This document shows, piece by piece, positions 50,825 to 59,849 of a stretch of DNA of 64,000 nt. Position 1 is the first letter of the stretch; every line of letters begins with the position of its first letter. Position numbers and translations under genes: made by a program. The notes beneath the pieces are model-generated. The model saw only the letters and a program-made list of their open reading frames with translations. It was not told the DNA's origin and did no database searches. The stretch is from assembly GCA_964630205.1 (NCBI GenBank), contig CAZVTM010000001.1, positions 27,069 through 91,068 on the forward strand, in the 5' to 3' direction. The DNA is from an uncultured Helicobacter sp. GTDB taxonomy: Bacteria > Campylobacterota > Campylobacteria > Campylobacterales > UBA6016.

Positions 50825-51019
50825 ATGGTATATGACGACGATTTTGAAGACGATATGTTCCCTAGTGATATCGACAATGAAGAAGATGGTGACGAGGGTG
50901 GCTTCGGCGGTTTTGACGACGATGGCGAAATAGACTATGATGATGACGACTATGTGTCGTTTGATGACCTCGATGAAGACGACGAGGATGAAGATTTTTA
51001 CGAAATGGATGATGAATAA
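50825..51019 (+). CDS. hyper-acidic 64-aa protein (26 Asp, 10 Glu, no Lys/Arg/His)
   Basis: A strong SD (AAGGAGGG) ends 5 nt before the ATG. The stop overlaps the luxS start (TAATG), which argues for real translation. Confidence 0.6.
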   Translation: MVYDDDFEDDMFPSDIDNEEDGDEGGFGGFDDDGEIDYDDDDYVSFDDLDEDDEDEDFYEMDDE

Positions 51020-51525
51020 TGCCGTTACTAGATAGTTTCAAAGTTGACCACACCAAGATGAAGGCTCCTGCAGTCAGACTTGCAAAGACTATGACCACGC
51101 CAAAGGGTGACACCATAAGTGTGTTTGATCTTAGATTTTTTGCCCCAAACAAAGAGATGATGGGCGAGAGAGGGGCTCATACGCTTGAACATCTTTTTGC
51201 AGGCTATATTAGAGAGCACCTAAACGCTGAAGACGTAGAGATAATCGACGTATCCCCGATGGGCTGCAGAACCGGGTTTTATATGAGCCTTATCGGTACT
51301 CCTGACGAAAAAAGAGTAGGGTTTGCGTGGCAAGAGGCGATGAAGGATATCCTAAGGGTAAAGTCGGAAAGCGATATCCCTGAGCTGAACGTGTATCAAT
51401 GCGGTACATGTGCAATGCACTCGCTAGAAGAAGCCAAAGAGATAGCAACAAAGATACTGGATAGAGGTATCGGTGTCATGGATAACGAAGAGCTAAAATT
51501 AGACGATGCTCTTTTGAATAAATAG
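51019..51525 (+). CDS. luxS: S-ribosylhomocysteine lyase
   Basis: 168 aa with LDSF.VDHT.M.AP.VR, HTLEHL.A and [10 protein letters not shown]. Confidence 0.95.
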   Translation: MPLLDSFKVDHTKMKAPAVRLAKTMTTPKGDTISVFDLRFFAPNKEMMGERGAHTLEHLFAGYIREHLNAEDVEIIDVSPMGCRTGFYMSLIGTPDEKRVGFAWQEAMKDILRVKSESDIPELNVYQCGTCAMHSLEEAKEIATKILDRGIGVMDNEELKLDDALLNK

Positions 51526-51532
51526 GAACTGA

Positions 51533-53323
51533 ATGCAAAATATCCGAAACTTTTCTATAATAGCCCATATCGACCACGGCAAAAGTACCCTTGCCGACCG
51601 TATAATAGAGCAGTGTGGTGCAATCACGCAACGTGAGATGACATCCCAGCTTCTTGATACGATGGATATAGAAAAAGAGCGCGGTATCACGATAAAAGCA
51701 CAAAGCGTCCGTTTAAAATACGTCAAAGACGGGCAAGAGTACATCCTAAACCTGATAGATACCCCTGGGCATGTAGACTTTTCGTATGAAGTATCAAAAT
51801 CTCTTGCCTCATCCGACGGCGCATTGCTTGTCGTGGATGCTTCGCAAGGGATAGAAGCGCAGACGCTTGCCAATGTGTATACTGCGATAGAGCATAATCT
51901 TGAGATACTCCCGGTTATAAACAAAATAGATCTTCCTGCCGCAGAGCCTGAGAGGGTGATGGAAGAGATAGAGAAAAGTATCGGACTGGATTGTACAAAT
52001 GCAGCGATGGTATCGGCAAAAAGCGGCATCGGAATCAAAGAGCTAATAGACAAGCTAATTGACGTAATCCCGCCACCGAAAGGCGATATAAATAAGCCTT
52101 TAAAAGCGGTTATTTACGACAGTTGGTTTGATAGTTATCTCGGCGCCCTCGCAATCGTGAGGGTATTTGACGGAGAGCTGAAAAAAGGCGCTCCGATAAA
52201 GGTGATGAGTACCGGCAAAGAATATACGGTTCAAAGTCTTACTTATCCCCATCCTTTACATCCAGAAAGCACAGACTCCATTAAACCAGGAGAGATAGGT
52301 GTTTTGGTTACCGGATTAAAAAATGTGAAGGAGTTGAGGGTCGGAGATACGGTAACCGACGCTAAGAACTCGTGCAGTGAACCTGTTGGGGAGTTCAGAG
52401 AGCCTAGACCGTTCGTGTTTGCGGGTTTTTACCCGATTGATACGGATAAATTTGAAGATTTAAGGGATGCTCTCGACAAGCTAAAATTAAACGACGCATC
52501 CATCTCCTATGAGCCTGAGACTTCAGCGGCTCTCGGATTTGGTTTTAGGGTAGGCTTTTTGGGTCTACTCCATATGGAAGTCATAAAGGAACGGTTAGAG
52601 AGGGAGTTTGGACTTGACCTTATCGCCACCGCTCCTACGGTCGTGTATGACGTCAAGCTGACAAACGGTGAGACCGTGAGGGTGCAAAACCCTTCCGATT
52701 TGCCGGATGTTCAGCGGATAGAGGCTATTTTTGAGCCGTACGTCAAAGCCACCGTAATAGTACCGAACGATTTTGTGGGTAATATAATTACTCTGATGAA
52801 TGATAGAAGAGGTGTGCAGCAAAAGATGGACTATATCGGTCTCGATAGAGTTCTTCTTGTATATGATGTGCCGCTAAATGAAATCGTAATCGATTTTTAC
52901 GATAAATTAAAATCTGCCACTAAAGGCTATGCTAGCTTTGATTATGAGCCACATGACTACAAAATGGGCGACCTCGTAAAGCTGGATATTAGAGTGGCGG
53001 GTGAAGTCGTCGACGCATTGTCCCTTATAGTACCTAGGCAAAAAGCCGACTTCAAGGGGCGAGAGCTTGTCAAAAAGATGAAAGAGCTGGTTCCAAGACA
53101 GCTTTTCGAGGTTGCCATACAGGCAAGTATAGGAAATAGAGTTATAGCCAGAGAGACCGTAAAGTCTATGGGTAAGAACGTTACCGCAAAATGTTACGGC
53201 GGGGATATAACAAGAAAAAGAAAGCTTCTTGAGAAGCAAAAAGAGGGCAAAAAACGGATGAAGGCGATTGGCAAGGTGGAACTTAGCCAAGACGCGTTCC
53301 TGGCCGTACTTAAACTAGACTAA
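51533..53323 (+). CDS. lepA: translation elongation factor 4
   Basis: 596 aa with [29 protein letters not shown] and the LepA C-terminal domain. Confidence 0.97.
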   Translation: MQNIRNFSIIAHIDHGKSTLADRIIEQCGAITQREMTSQLLDTMDIEKERGITIKAQSVRLKYVKDGQEYILNLIDTPGHVDFSYEVSKSLASSDGALLVVDASQGIEAQTLANVYTAIEHNLEILPVINKIDLPAAEPERVMEEIEKSIGLDCTNAAMVSAKSGIGIKELIDKLIDVIPPPKGDINKPLKAVIYDSWFDSYLGALAIVRVFDGELKKGAPIKVMSTGKEYTVQSLTYPHPLHPESTDSIKPGEIGVLVTGLKNVKELRVGDTVTDAKNSCSEPVGEFREPRPFVFAGFYPIDTDKFEDLRDALDKLKLNDASISYEPETSAALGFGFRVGFLGLLHMEVIKERLEREFGLDLIATAPTVVYDVKLTNGETVRVQNPSDLPDVQRIEAIFEPYVKATVIVPNDFVGNIITLMNDRRGVQQKMDYIGLDRVLLVYDVPLNEIVIDFYDKLKSATKGYASFDYEPHDYKMGDLVKLDIRVAGEVVDALSLIVPRQKADFKGRELVKKMKELVPRQLFEVAIQASIGNRVIARETVKSMGKNVTAKCYGGDITRKRKLLEKQKEGKKRMKAIGKVELSQDAFLAVLKLD

Positions 53324-53400
53324 TCCTCTTTATTTTTCTTATTTTCTCTACATACGCTCCAAAGGAGCTTTAATGAATTATAAAAAAGGTAAATATATTA

Positions 53401-54927
53401 ATGAGTTTTGATAAATTAGGACTAAGCGAAAACATACTAAGAGGGGTAAAAGAAGCCGGTTTCACGGAAGCGAGCCCTATCCAAGAACAAGCTATTCCGA
53501 TAGTGCTTGAGGGTCACGACATGGTGGCGCAAGCGCAAACCGGTACAGGAAAAACTGCGGCATTCGGTCTGCCGGTAATGAGTAAAATAGACCCTAACGG
53601 CGGCGTGCAAGTGCTTATAATTACGCCAACAAGAGAGCTTTGTATGCAAGTAAGCGATGAGCTTTACAAACTAGGCAGATACGCAAACATTAAAACGGTT
53701 GCGGTTTACGGCGGACAAAGCATATCAAGGCAAGTTGATCTAATAGGTAGAGGCGCACAAGTCGTCGTAGCTACTCCGGGAAGACTTCTTGACCATCTTC
53801 TAAATGATAGACTTAGAGATTTCAATCCGCAATACGTTATCTTGGACGAAGCGGATGAGATGCTCGATATGGGCTTTTTGGAGGACATCGAAGAGATATT
53901 CAAATTCCTTCCAAAATCAAGACAAACACTTCTATTCTCTGCGACAATGCCAAGAGAAATAAGAGCTCTTGCCGAGAAAATTCTCAAAGAGCCAAAAACG
54001 GTAAGTGTACAATCAAAAGAGGTAACAAGCGAAAATATCGAGCAGTTCTTCTATGTTGTAGAGGATTGGGAGAGAAGCGATGCGATCGTAAGGCTAATTG
54101 ATTTTGAAGATCCAAGCAGAGCAATCGTATTTTGTAGAACAAAAAAAGATGCCGACGAGCTATCGACTACACTAGTGGCGAGAGGCTACCCAGCAAAAGC
54201 GCTTCACGGCGATCTTGAACAAAGACAAAGAGAAGAGGTCGTAAAAAGCTTCAAAGCAGGAAAAATACTTATACTTGTAGCAACAGACGTTGCGGCGAGA
54301 GGTCTTGATATCAACGACGTAAGCCATGTATTCAACTATCATATCCCACTTGACCCTGAGAGCTATGTTCACAGAATAGGCAGAACAGGGAGAGCGGGAA
54401 AAGCTGGGAAAGCGGTAACCCTTGTTAAGCCTCTTGAGTTTAGAGAGCTAAACAGAATCAAACAAGTAACAAAAGCGCAAATCTATCATATGGAAGTGCC
54501 GACACTTGAAGATGTAAAAAACAAAAAAATCGTTAAGCTTGTTGATAAAATCAAACATCAACATATCTCTGACGAGGCGACGGAGCTGTTTGCCCAAATG
54601 AGTAGCGAAATGGATATTCCTACTCTTTGTATGAAACTGCTATCAAAAATTATCTCCAAAAATAAAGCGGAAGGTCCTTCGCATATCGGTATTAAGGGTA
54701 AAAACCTTGAGAGAATGATAGAGGCAAAAGCAAACGACAGAGGCGGCGACAGAGGTGGCTCTAGAGGAAGATTTGGCAACAGGGGCGGTGGCTACAGAGG
54801 CGATAGAGGTACAAGAGAGGGCGGATATAGAAATGATAGAAGCCCTAGACCACCGAGAGACAGAGATGGCGGTGCGCCAAGAGGCCCTAGAGAGGGCGGC
54901 GGCGATAGAGGCGGCAATAGAAGATAA
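53401..54927 (+). CDS. DEAD-box ATP-dependent RNA helicase with RGG/RGD-rich C-terminal tail
   Basis: Q motif (F.EASPIQ), AQTGTGKT, DEAD, SAT, HRIGRTGRAG. The last ~60 aa are Arg/Gly repeats. Confidence 0.9.
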   Translation: MSFDKLGLSENILRGVKEAGFTEASPIQEQAIPIVLEGHDMVAQAQTGTGKTAAFGLPVMSKIDPNGGVQVLIITPTRELCMQVSDELYKLGRYANIKTVAVYGGQSISRQVDLIGRGAQVVVATPGRLLDHLLNDRLRDFNPQYVILDEADEMLDMGFLEDIEEIFKFLPKSRQTLLFSATMPREIRALAEKILKEPKTVSVQSKEVTSENIEQFFYVVEDWERSDAIVRLIDFEDPSRAIVFCRTKKDADELSTTLVARGYPAKALHGDLEQRQREEVVKSFKAGKILILVATDVAARGLDINDVSHVFNYHIPLDPESYVHRIGRTGRAGKAGKAVTLVKPLEFRELNRIKQVTKAQIYHMEVPTLEDVKNKKIVKLVDKIKHQHISDEATELFAQMSSEMDIPTLCMKLLSKIISKNKAEGPSHIGIKGKNLERMIEAKANDRGGDRGGSRGRFGNRGGGYRGDRGTREGGYRNDRSPRPPRDRDGGAPRGPREGGGDRGGNRR

Positions 54928-55500
54928 ATGTTCGGTTGCATAGTTTGCAACTCGCTTTCATTTGGTCATATATGCAACAAATGTCTAAACGGGGCTCTCG
55001 CCCCGACTCTTAACACGAGAGATATAAACGGACTCCAAGTTATCAGTTTTTACAAATACTCCGAGATAGAACCTCTCATAAAATACAAACACAAAATGGT
55101 TGGAAGCTTTATTCTGAAGCGTTTGGCAAGCGTTAGCTTCAAAAAATTTGCCAAAAACTTCGAGTATGAAAGCAAAATCTCACTAATTCCTATAGACGAC
55201 AAAACCACTCACGGATATTCACATACGGCGATACTGGCAAACGCTATGCGTTCAACCGTATTTGAGGCGCAGTGGGGCGCTATGAGGGCAAAAAATGATG
55301 TGGTGTATGCCGGGCAAAGCCTAGAATTTCGTAAGAATAATCCGAGAGAGTTTGATTTCAGGGGTGCAAAGCACAAAGAGATAGTGCTTGTGGATGACAT
55401 AGTGACTACTGGAACAACTCTGCTGGAAGCCAGAGCAAGCGCCGAGGCAGCGGGATATGAGGTGCTTTTCTCGGTTACGCTTGCGGATGCAAGAGAGTAG
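54928..55500 (+). CDS. ComF-family phosphoribosyltransferase-domain protein
   Basis: N-terminal C..C...C..C plus a PRTase motif VLVDDIVTTGTT. Confidence 0.8.
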   Translation: MFGCIVCNSLSFGHICNKCLNGALAPTLNTRDINGLQVISFYKYSEIEPLIKYKHKMVGSFILKRLASVSFKKFAKNFEYESKISLIPIDDKTTHGYSHTAILANAMRSTVFEAQWGAMRAKNDVVYAGQSLEFRKNNPREFDFRGAKHKEIVLVDDIVTTGTTLLEARASAEAAGYEVLFSVTLADARE

Positions 55501-55521
55501 GGCTTTCGCCCACGCTCTTTA

Positions 55522-55863
55522 TTAGACTTTTTTCACAAACTCAGATTTTAGTCCCATGGCGCCGATACCATCTACTTTGCAGTCGATGTTATGGTCACCC
55601 TCGGTCAGACGCATTATCTTGATTTTTGTCCCTATTTTGATGGCGCTTGAAGAACCTTTGACTTTTAGGTCTTTGATGACTGTGACCATATCACCTTCTT
55701 TTAGCACATTGCCGTTCGCGTCTTTGACTATTAGCTCATCGCTCTCGGTAGTTGCGGCGTCTTTGCTCCACTCATGGGCGCATTCTGGACAGACGAGCAG
55801 GGCACCGTCTTCGTATGTGTATTCGGAGTTGCATTTTGGGCAGTTAGGTAGTTTATCGCTCAT
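55522..55863 (-). CDS. phnA: PhnA/YjdM zinc-ribbon protein
   Basis: 113 aa with CPKC.S.YTYEDG...[24 protein letters not shown] and L...FVKK. Confidence 0.9.
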   Translation of the reverse strand: MSDKLPNCPKCNSEYTYEDGALLVCPECAHEWSKDAATTESDELIVKDANGNVLKEGDMVTVIKDLKVKGSSSAIKIGTKIKIMRLTEGDHNIDCKVDGIGAMGLKSEFVKKV

Positions 55864-55874
55864 TTTTATCCTTG

Positions 55875-56489
55875 TTATAGTTTTTTAGCGTAGCAAAATA
55901 AAATATCAAAGCTTTTGTGCGGCTTGTCTATCGTGTGGGCTACCGTGATATATGGTTTCTCGAAGCCGTTTTTGGTGAAAAATCCAGAGAACTCTTCAGG
56001 CGTAAAACCGAAGTGATAAACCCCTGTGTTGTCAGAGTGGAATGAGCCGTCTTCTTTTGCAAGGTCAGCCACCCCTAGATACCCTCCGCTTTTGACAGCC
56101 TGCGCAAATCTAGCAAAAAGTTCACTCGGTTTTTCGATGTGATGGACTGTCATAGCGCTCACTATCGCATCATATTCGCCCTCTCCTAGATGAGAGTCTG
56201 CACTAAGTTCCATTATATCTACATTGCCCAGCTGCCGCTCGTTGGCTTTTGCTTTGAAGTTTTTTAGCATTTCGCTTGAGAGGTCGGCACCGACGAGTTT
56301 GGCGACAAGCGGGGCGATATTTAGCCCAACTAGACCCGTGCCGCATCCAAAGTCCATTACCGTATGGCTGCTCTGGAGCGGAATGTTTTTGATGATTTGA
56401 GATGTGATTTTGGTTGCCATATTGACTCTAGTCTGGCTCTTGTCCCATTCGGCAGCTGCCGCGTCAAATCTAGTCTTGTTTTCGGTCAA
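55875..56489 (-). CDS. class I SAM-dependent methyltransferase
   Basis: 204 aa with a TTG start and motif [11 protein letters not shown]. Confidence 0.8.
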   Translation of the reverse strand: MTENKTRFDAAAAEWDKSQTRVNMATKITSQIIKNIPLQSSHTVMDFGCGTGLVGLNIAPLVAKLVGADLSSEMLKNFKAKANERQLGNVDIMELSADSHLGEGEYDAIVSAMTVHHIEKPSELFARFAQAVKSGGYLGVADLAKEDGSFHSDNTGVYHFGFTPEEFSGFFTKNGFEKPYITVAHTIDKPHKSFDILFCYAKKL

Positions 56490-56491
56490 GT

Positions 56492-57094
56492 TTAAACCTC
56501 TATGAGTAGTATCTCGCTATCCTTTGTAAGCTCTATCTCTAGTTGCTGCCCGCCCGTTATCTGTGTGGAGTCTCGCTCAAATAGGATTTTGCCGCCAACG
56601 GCCACTATGCCGCTGGTCACGAACAAAAACACACCCGTGCCGACCGATAGCCGATATGTGATTATAGCCTGTTTATCCCAATATCCTCTTTTGCTATCTC
56701 TCTTTGTTCATACACCGGCGTTAGCCCTTTGCTCTGCGGGCGTATCCATATCTGAAACAGCTTTATCATCTGAAGCATTGAATTCAGAGTGATATATCCC
56801 TATGCCAGCTGACATTTTTTGTACACTTGGAGCTGTGAAAACACTTTTGTACCCCATACTATCCTCGTGCACTATAGAGCCCTTCATCAGCACCGTAACT
56901 ATCTCCATATCGGCGTGCGGGTGTATGCCAAAGCCCCTTAGCGGGGCGATGGAGTCGTCATTGAATACCCTTAGGCTCTCAAATCCCATGCGGTTTCGAT
57001 TGTGATACCCGACAAAGCTGTAGCTAAACCCGCTTCGTAGCCATCCGAGGTCGGAAAATCCCCGCTCGTATGAGCGTTCAATACCTATATCCAT
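56492..57094 (-). pseudogene. pirin-family (YhhW-like quercetinase) protein with at least 2 frameshifts and a probable deletion
   Basis: A strong AAGGAGG SD is followed by MDIGIERSYERGFSDLGWLRS.FSFS..Y....MGF..LRVFNDD.I....GF..HPH.DMEIVT (cupin His motif). It continues in other frames as QIWIRPQSKGLTPVYEQR and ..VFLFVTSGIVAVGGKILFERDSTQI..SEILLIEV. Lesions are at ~56747-56762 and ~56669-56690. Confidence 0.75.
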
Positions 57095-57110
57095 CACACA
57101 CCTCCTTATA

Positions 57111-57670
57111 TTATTTTGCCGCCGCACCCTCTACGTCGACGGATATTTTTACTTCGTTCGATACGGCTACTCCGCCCATATCAAGCGCTTTGTTCCATGT
57201 AAGACCGAAATCTCTTCTATCTATAGTGCCGTTAATAGAAAATCCGGCAACTTTTTGACCCCAAAGCTTTACAGTCGCCCCGCCAAATTCATAGTTTAGA
57301 GTTACAGTTTTAGTTACCCCTTTTATCGTCAGGTCACCCGTTATTTTATTGCCTTTGATACTTTTTGAGATAAACGTTATATCCGTGTATTTTGCCGAGT
57401 CAAAAAAATCGGGAGCTTTGAGATGCTTATCTCTGTCTGCATTGTCGGTGTCTATCGAATCTACAAGGATTTTGCCTTTTATGTTTGATACCACTTTTGT
57501 TTTTTCATCATATTCAAACGTACCGCTAAAGTTTTTGAATTTGCCGTTTGTGGAAGAGAGCATCATATGCTTGATTTTAAATCCAACCGCAGTATGTGCC
57601 GTGTCGACATTGTAAGGCGCAGAAAATGCCATAGAGGCCAAAAGCAGAGAAGCCAGTGTTATTTTTTCAT
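57111..57670 (-). pseudogene. YceI-family periplasmic protein whose signal peptide is out of frame (A6 run)
   Basis: AAGGA SD + ATG 57670 + AAAAAA + TAA gives MKK-stop. One extra A would read MKKITLASLLLASMAFSAPYNVD, in frame with the 176-aa YceI ORF (HT.V.F.I.H...S...G.F). The run is T6 on the plus strand, 57662-57667. Confidence 0.65.
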
Positions 57671-57728
57671 TTTGAATCCTTTATTGTTGGTTTGATTTTT
57701 ACGAAGCGAAATAATTTTTGTCCTCCTT

Positions 57729-58445
57729 TTATAAATTTGTGCCAAAGCCGCTAAGGCTTATTGTGCCGTGTTCAAAGCCTTCATAAAAAAAGCCTAATTG
57801 TCCGTTTTGCGCCGCACCTGCAATATATAAAAGCGGTAGATAGTGCTCGCTAGTGGGGCATGACAGCTTTGCCGCCTCTCCTATATCCAGATAGTCTATT
57901 AGCGTTTCATAATCTTTCGCCAAAAGCGCGGCTTTGATTTTTGATTCAAATAGAGTTGCCCAAGGTTTTGCGGGAGTTAAATTTTTGTCGAGACTCATCT
58001 GAAATACCGGAACGTCTGCATTTGGAAACAAGAATTTCATAACACCCCATCCCCCATGGTCCAAACCTCTCTTATCGTCGGCTTTTGCCCCAAAATCTGA
58101 CAGCATGCGTATAATCTTATTTGCCAAAGTCGGCTCACCGTTTGCGTGATATCTAATTTCATAAAGAGGCTTCGGAAAGCCGTAAAAATCATGTATCGTA
58201 TCTTGCCTCGCCGCCGTCGATACAAAAAGTCCATTTGTTACCCAATGTGCTGAAATCATTAACACGGCTTTTGGCTTCGGTAGTTTTTTGGATAGCGCTA
58301 TCATGGCTTTTGTGTATCCGTTGTCGTTTAGCATATTCATAGGCGAGCCATGGGCACAAAACAATGACGGCATTTTGCTTTGTTCGCTTGCGTATAAACT
58401 TTCGAGTGCCATGAGAGTAACTCCTAAAAATGTCCTTCTATTCAT
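57729..58445 (-). CDS. LigB/DODA-family extradiol dioxygenase (YgiD-like) with Tat-type leader and apparent ~40-aa in-frame deletion
   Basis: MNRRTFLG leader, HGSPMN, SAHW, IHDFYGFP, DHGGWG and EHYLPLLY. Between MSLDKNLTPAK and PWATLF the family block containing GSGN.VHNL (as recalled from E. coli YgiD) is missing. Confidence 0.65.
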   Translation of the reverse strand: MNRRTFLGVTLMALESLYASEQSKMPSLFCAHGSPMNMLNDNGYTKAMIALSKKLPKPKAVLMISAHWVTNGLFVSTAARQDTIHDFYGFPKPLYEIRYHANGEPTLANKIIRMLSDFGAKADDKRGLDHGGWGVMKFLFPNADVPVFQMSLDKNLTPAKPWATLFESKIKAALLAKDYETLIDYLDIGEAAKLSCPTSEHYLPLLYIAGAAQNGQLGFFYEGFEHGTISLSGFGTNL

Positions 58446-58453
58446 AAAAAGCT

Positions 58454-58467
58454 TTACTAATTAGTAA
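58454..58467. promoter_or_regulatory. perfect 14-bp palindrome TTACTAATTAGTAA (candidate MarR operator)
   Basis: It lies in the 39-nt gap between marR and the dioxygenase gene. A 9/12 related copy TACTAATTAAAA is at 58948-58959, just upstream of marR. Confidence 0.4.
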
Positions 58468-58484
58468 TAAATGGATAAAAAAAA

Positions 58485-58934
58485 TCATCTAAGTGACTTA
58501 TTTAACTTACGCAACAACGCCCTTACGACCTCTTTTTCTTCCTGCGTGAGTCCACTCAAAAAACTATCTATTCGCTTTGAGTGTTCCGGAAACATTGAAG
58601 ATATAAGCTCGTTCCCTTTTTTGGTTATTGAAAGCACCGCACTTCTTTTGTCGCTATCGTGTTTCTCGGAAGTGATAAGCTCAGATTTTATTAGGTTTTT
58701 GACTACTACGGTCATATTGCCAGGACTTGACATCGCTAGCTTCGTAGCTGCTCCTATGGTCTGCGGACCCCTGTGATGCAGCAGTTCCAAAAGTGCGAAT
58801 TGTCCTATCGTAAGACCGTTTTGCTCTATGAACGATAGCTCCAAAGAGCGGATTTTGTTGAACGCTTTCATTATTTCAACCCAAGTTGAGAGTGAAAGCG
58901 CAACATCATCTTCAAATTCTGGTAGTTTTTTCAT
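58485..58934 (-). CDS. MarR family transcriptional regulator
   Basis: 149 aa with a wHTH (LTIGQFALLELLHHRGPQTIGAATKLAMSSPGNMTVVVKNL..L...E.H..DKR). Confidence 0.85.
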   Translation of the reverse strand: MKKLPEFEDDVALSLSTWVEIMKAFNKIRSLELSFIEQNGLTIGQFALLELLHHRGPQTIGAATKLAMSSPGNMTVVVKNLIKSELITSEKHDSDKRSAVLSITKKGNELISSMFPEHSKRIDSFLSGLTQEEKEVVRALLRKLNKSLR

Positions 58935-58965
58935 ATGAGAAATATACTACTAATTAAAACTATTG

Positions 58966-59781
58966 TCAAGAGTTTTTTGTTTTTTTGATGTAAAAATACA
59001 TTAGCGCCGAAACCAAAGCGGTGATAAATGACAAGAGCATACCCATTGTTAGCCATTCACCAAGTAAATAGCCTATTTGTGGATCAGGGTCACGGAAAAA
59101 CTCGCAAAAAGCACGGAATAACCCATAAAGAATTCCGTAAATCATTGCAAGTTGACCATCGAATGTTTTTTTGAGACGGATCGAATAGAGTATTGCAAAT
59201 ACGACTAATCCTTCAAAAAACGCTTCATATAATTGAGACGGGTGACGCAAGGTTGCCCCAACCCATATACCAATAGGACTGTCGGTTGGACGACCCACTA
59301 ACTCTTGGTTTAAAAAATTCCCTATACGACCAAATGTATATCCAAGTCCGGCGCTAACAGCGGTGAGATCCATTAGGACTAAAAAGCTTTTTTTGTATTT
59401 GCGGCACCATAGATATGAGGCAAGCAAAAAGCCGAGAAGTCCGCCGTGATAGCTAAAGCCTCTTAGTCCAACAAACGTGCCGTCCATAAACGGATTAAAA
59501 ATCTGCCACGGATGGGTGAGATACCAGAGCGTATGCGTATCGTAAAAAAGTATATATCCAAGTCTTGCGCCGAGTATCACACCGACTTCGGCCCAAAAAA
59601 AGTAGCTATCCACTTCTTCCGGCGTAAACGGGTACTTGTCTTTTGTCGCAAGCCATCTAGCAAATACATATACGCCAAGGAGTGCGGATACGTACATAAT
59701 GCCGTACCAGTGAACTGGGATTCCAAAAAGATTGAAGGCTACCGGATCAAAAGCGGAGTAAATATGTTGCCAGTTATCCAA
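58966..59781 (-). CDS. lgt: prolipoprotein diacylglyceryl transferase
   Basis: 271 aa with a TTG start, H.YG, GRIGNF.N.EL.GRP, multiple TM helices. Confidence 0.93.
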   Translation of the reverse strand: MDNWQHIYSAFDPVAFNLFGIPVHWYGIMYVSALLGVYVFARWLATKDKYPFTPEEVDSYFFWAEVGVILGARLGYILFYDTHTLWYLTHPWQIFNPFMDGTFVGLRGFSYHGGLLGFLLASYLWCRKYKKSFLVLMDLTAVSAGLGYTFGRIGNFLNQELVGRPTDSPIGIWVGATLRHPSQLYEAFFEGLVVFAILYSIRLKKTFDGQLAMIYGILYGLFRAFCEFFRDPDPQIGYLLGEWLTMGMLLSFITALVSALMYFYIKKTKNS

Positions 59782-59849
59782 GACATTCCTTTTTTCTAAA
59801 AAATTATTACTATTTCCGATAAAATTCGATAAATATTTAAAGACGAAGC

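Noticed and set aside
51499-52053. 184-aa ORF antisense to lepA. Similar long antisense ORFs occur at 38683-39240 in accD, 36719-37156 in gltD, 3148-3570 in nifB, 50335-50745 in prs and 1090-1314 in the clpX fragment.
   Set aside because: Each lies entirely within and opposite a gene with unmistakable family motifs. The translations are low-complexity (Ser/Pro/Ile-rich) with no motif, SD or conservation argument.
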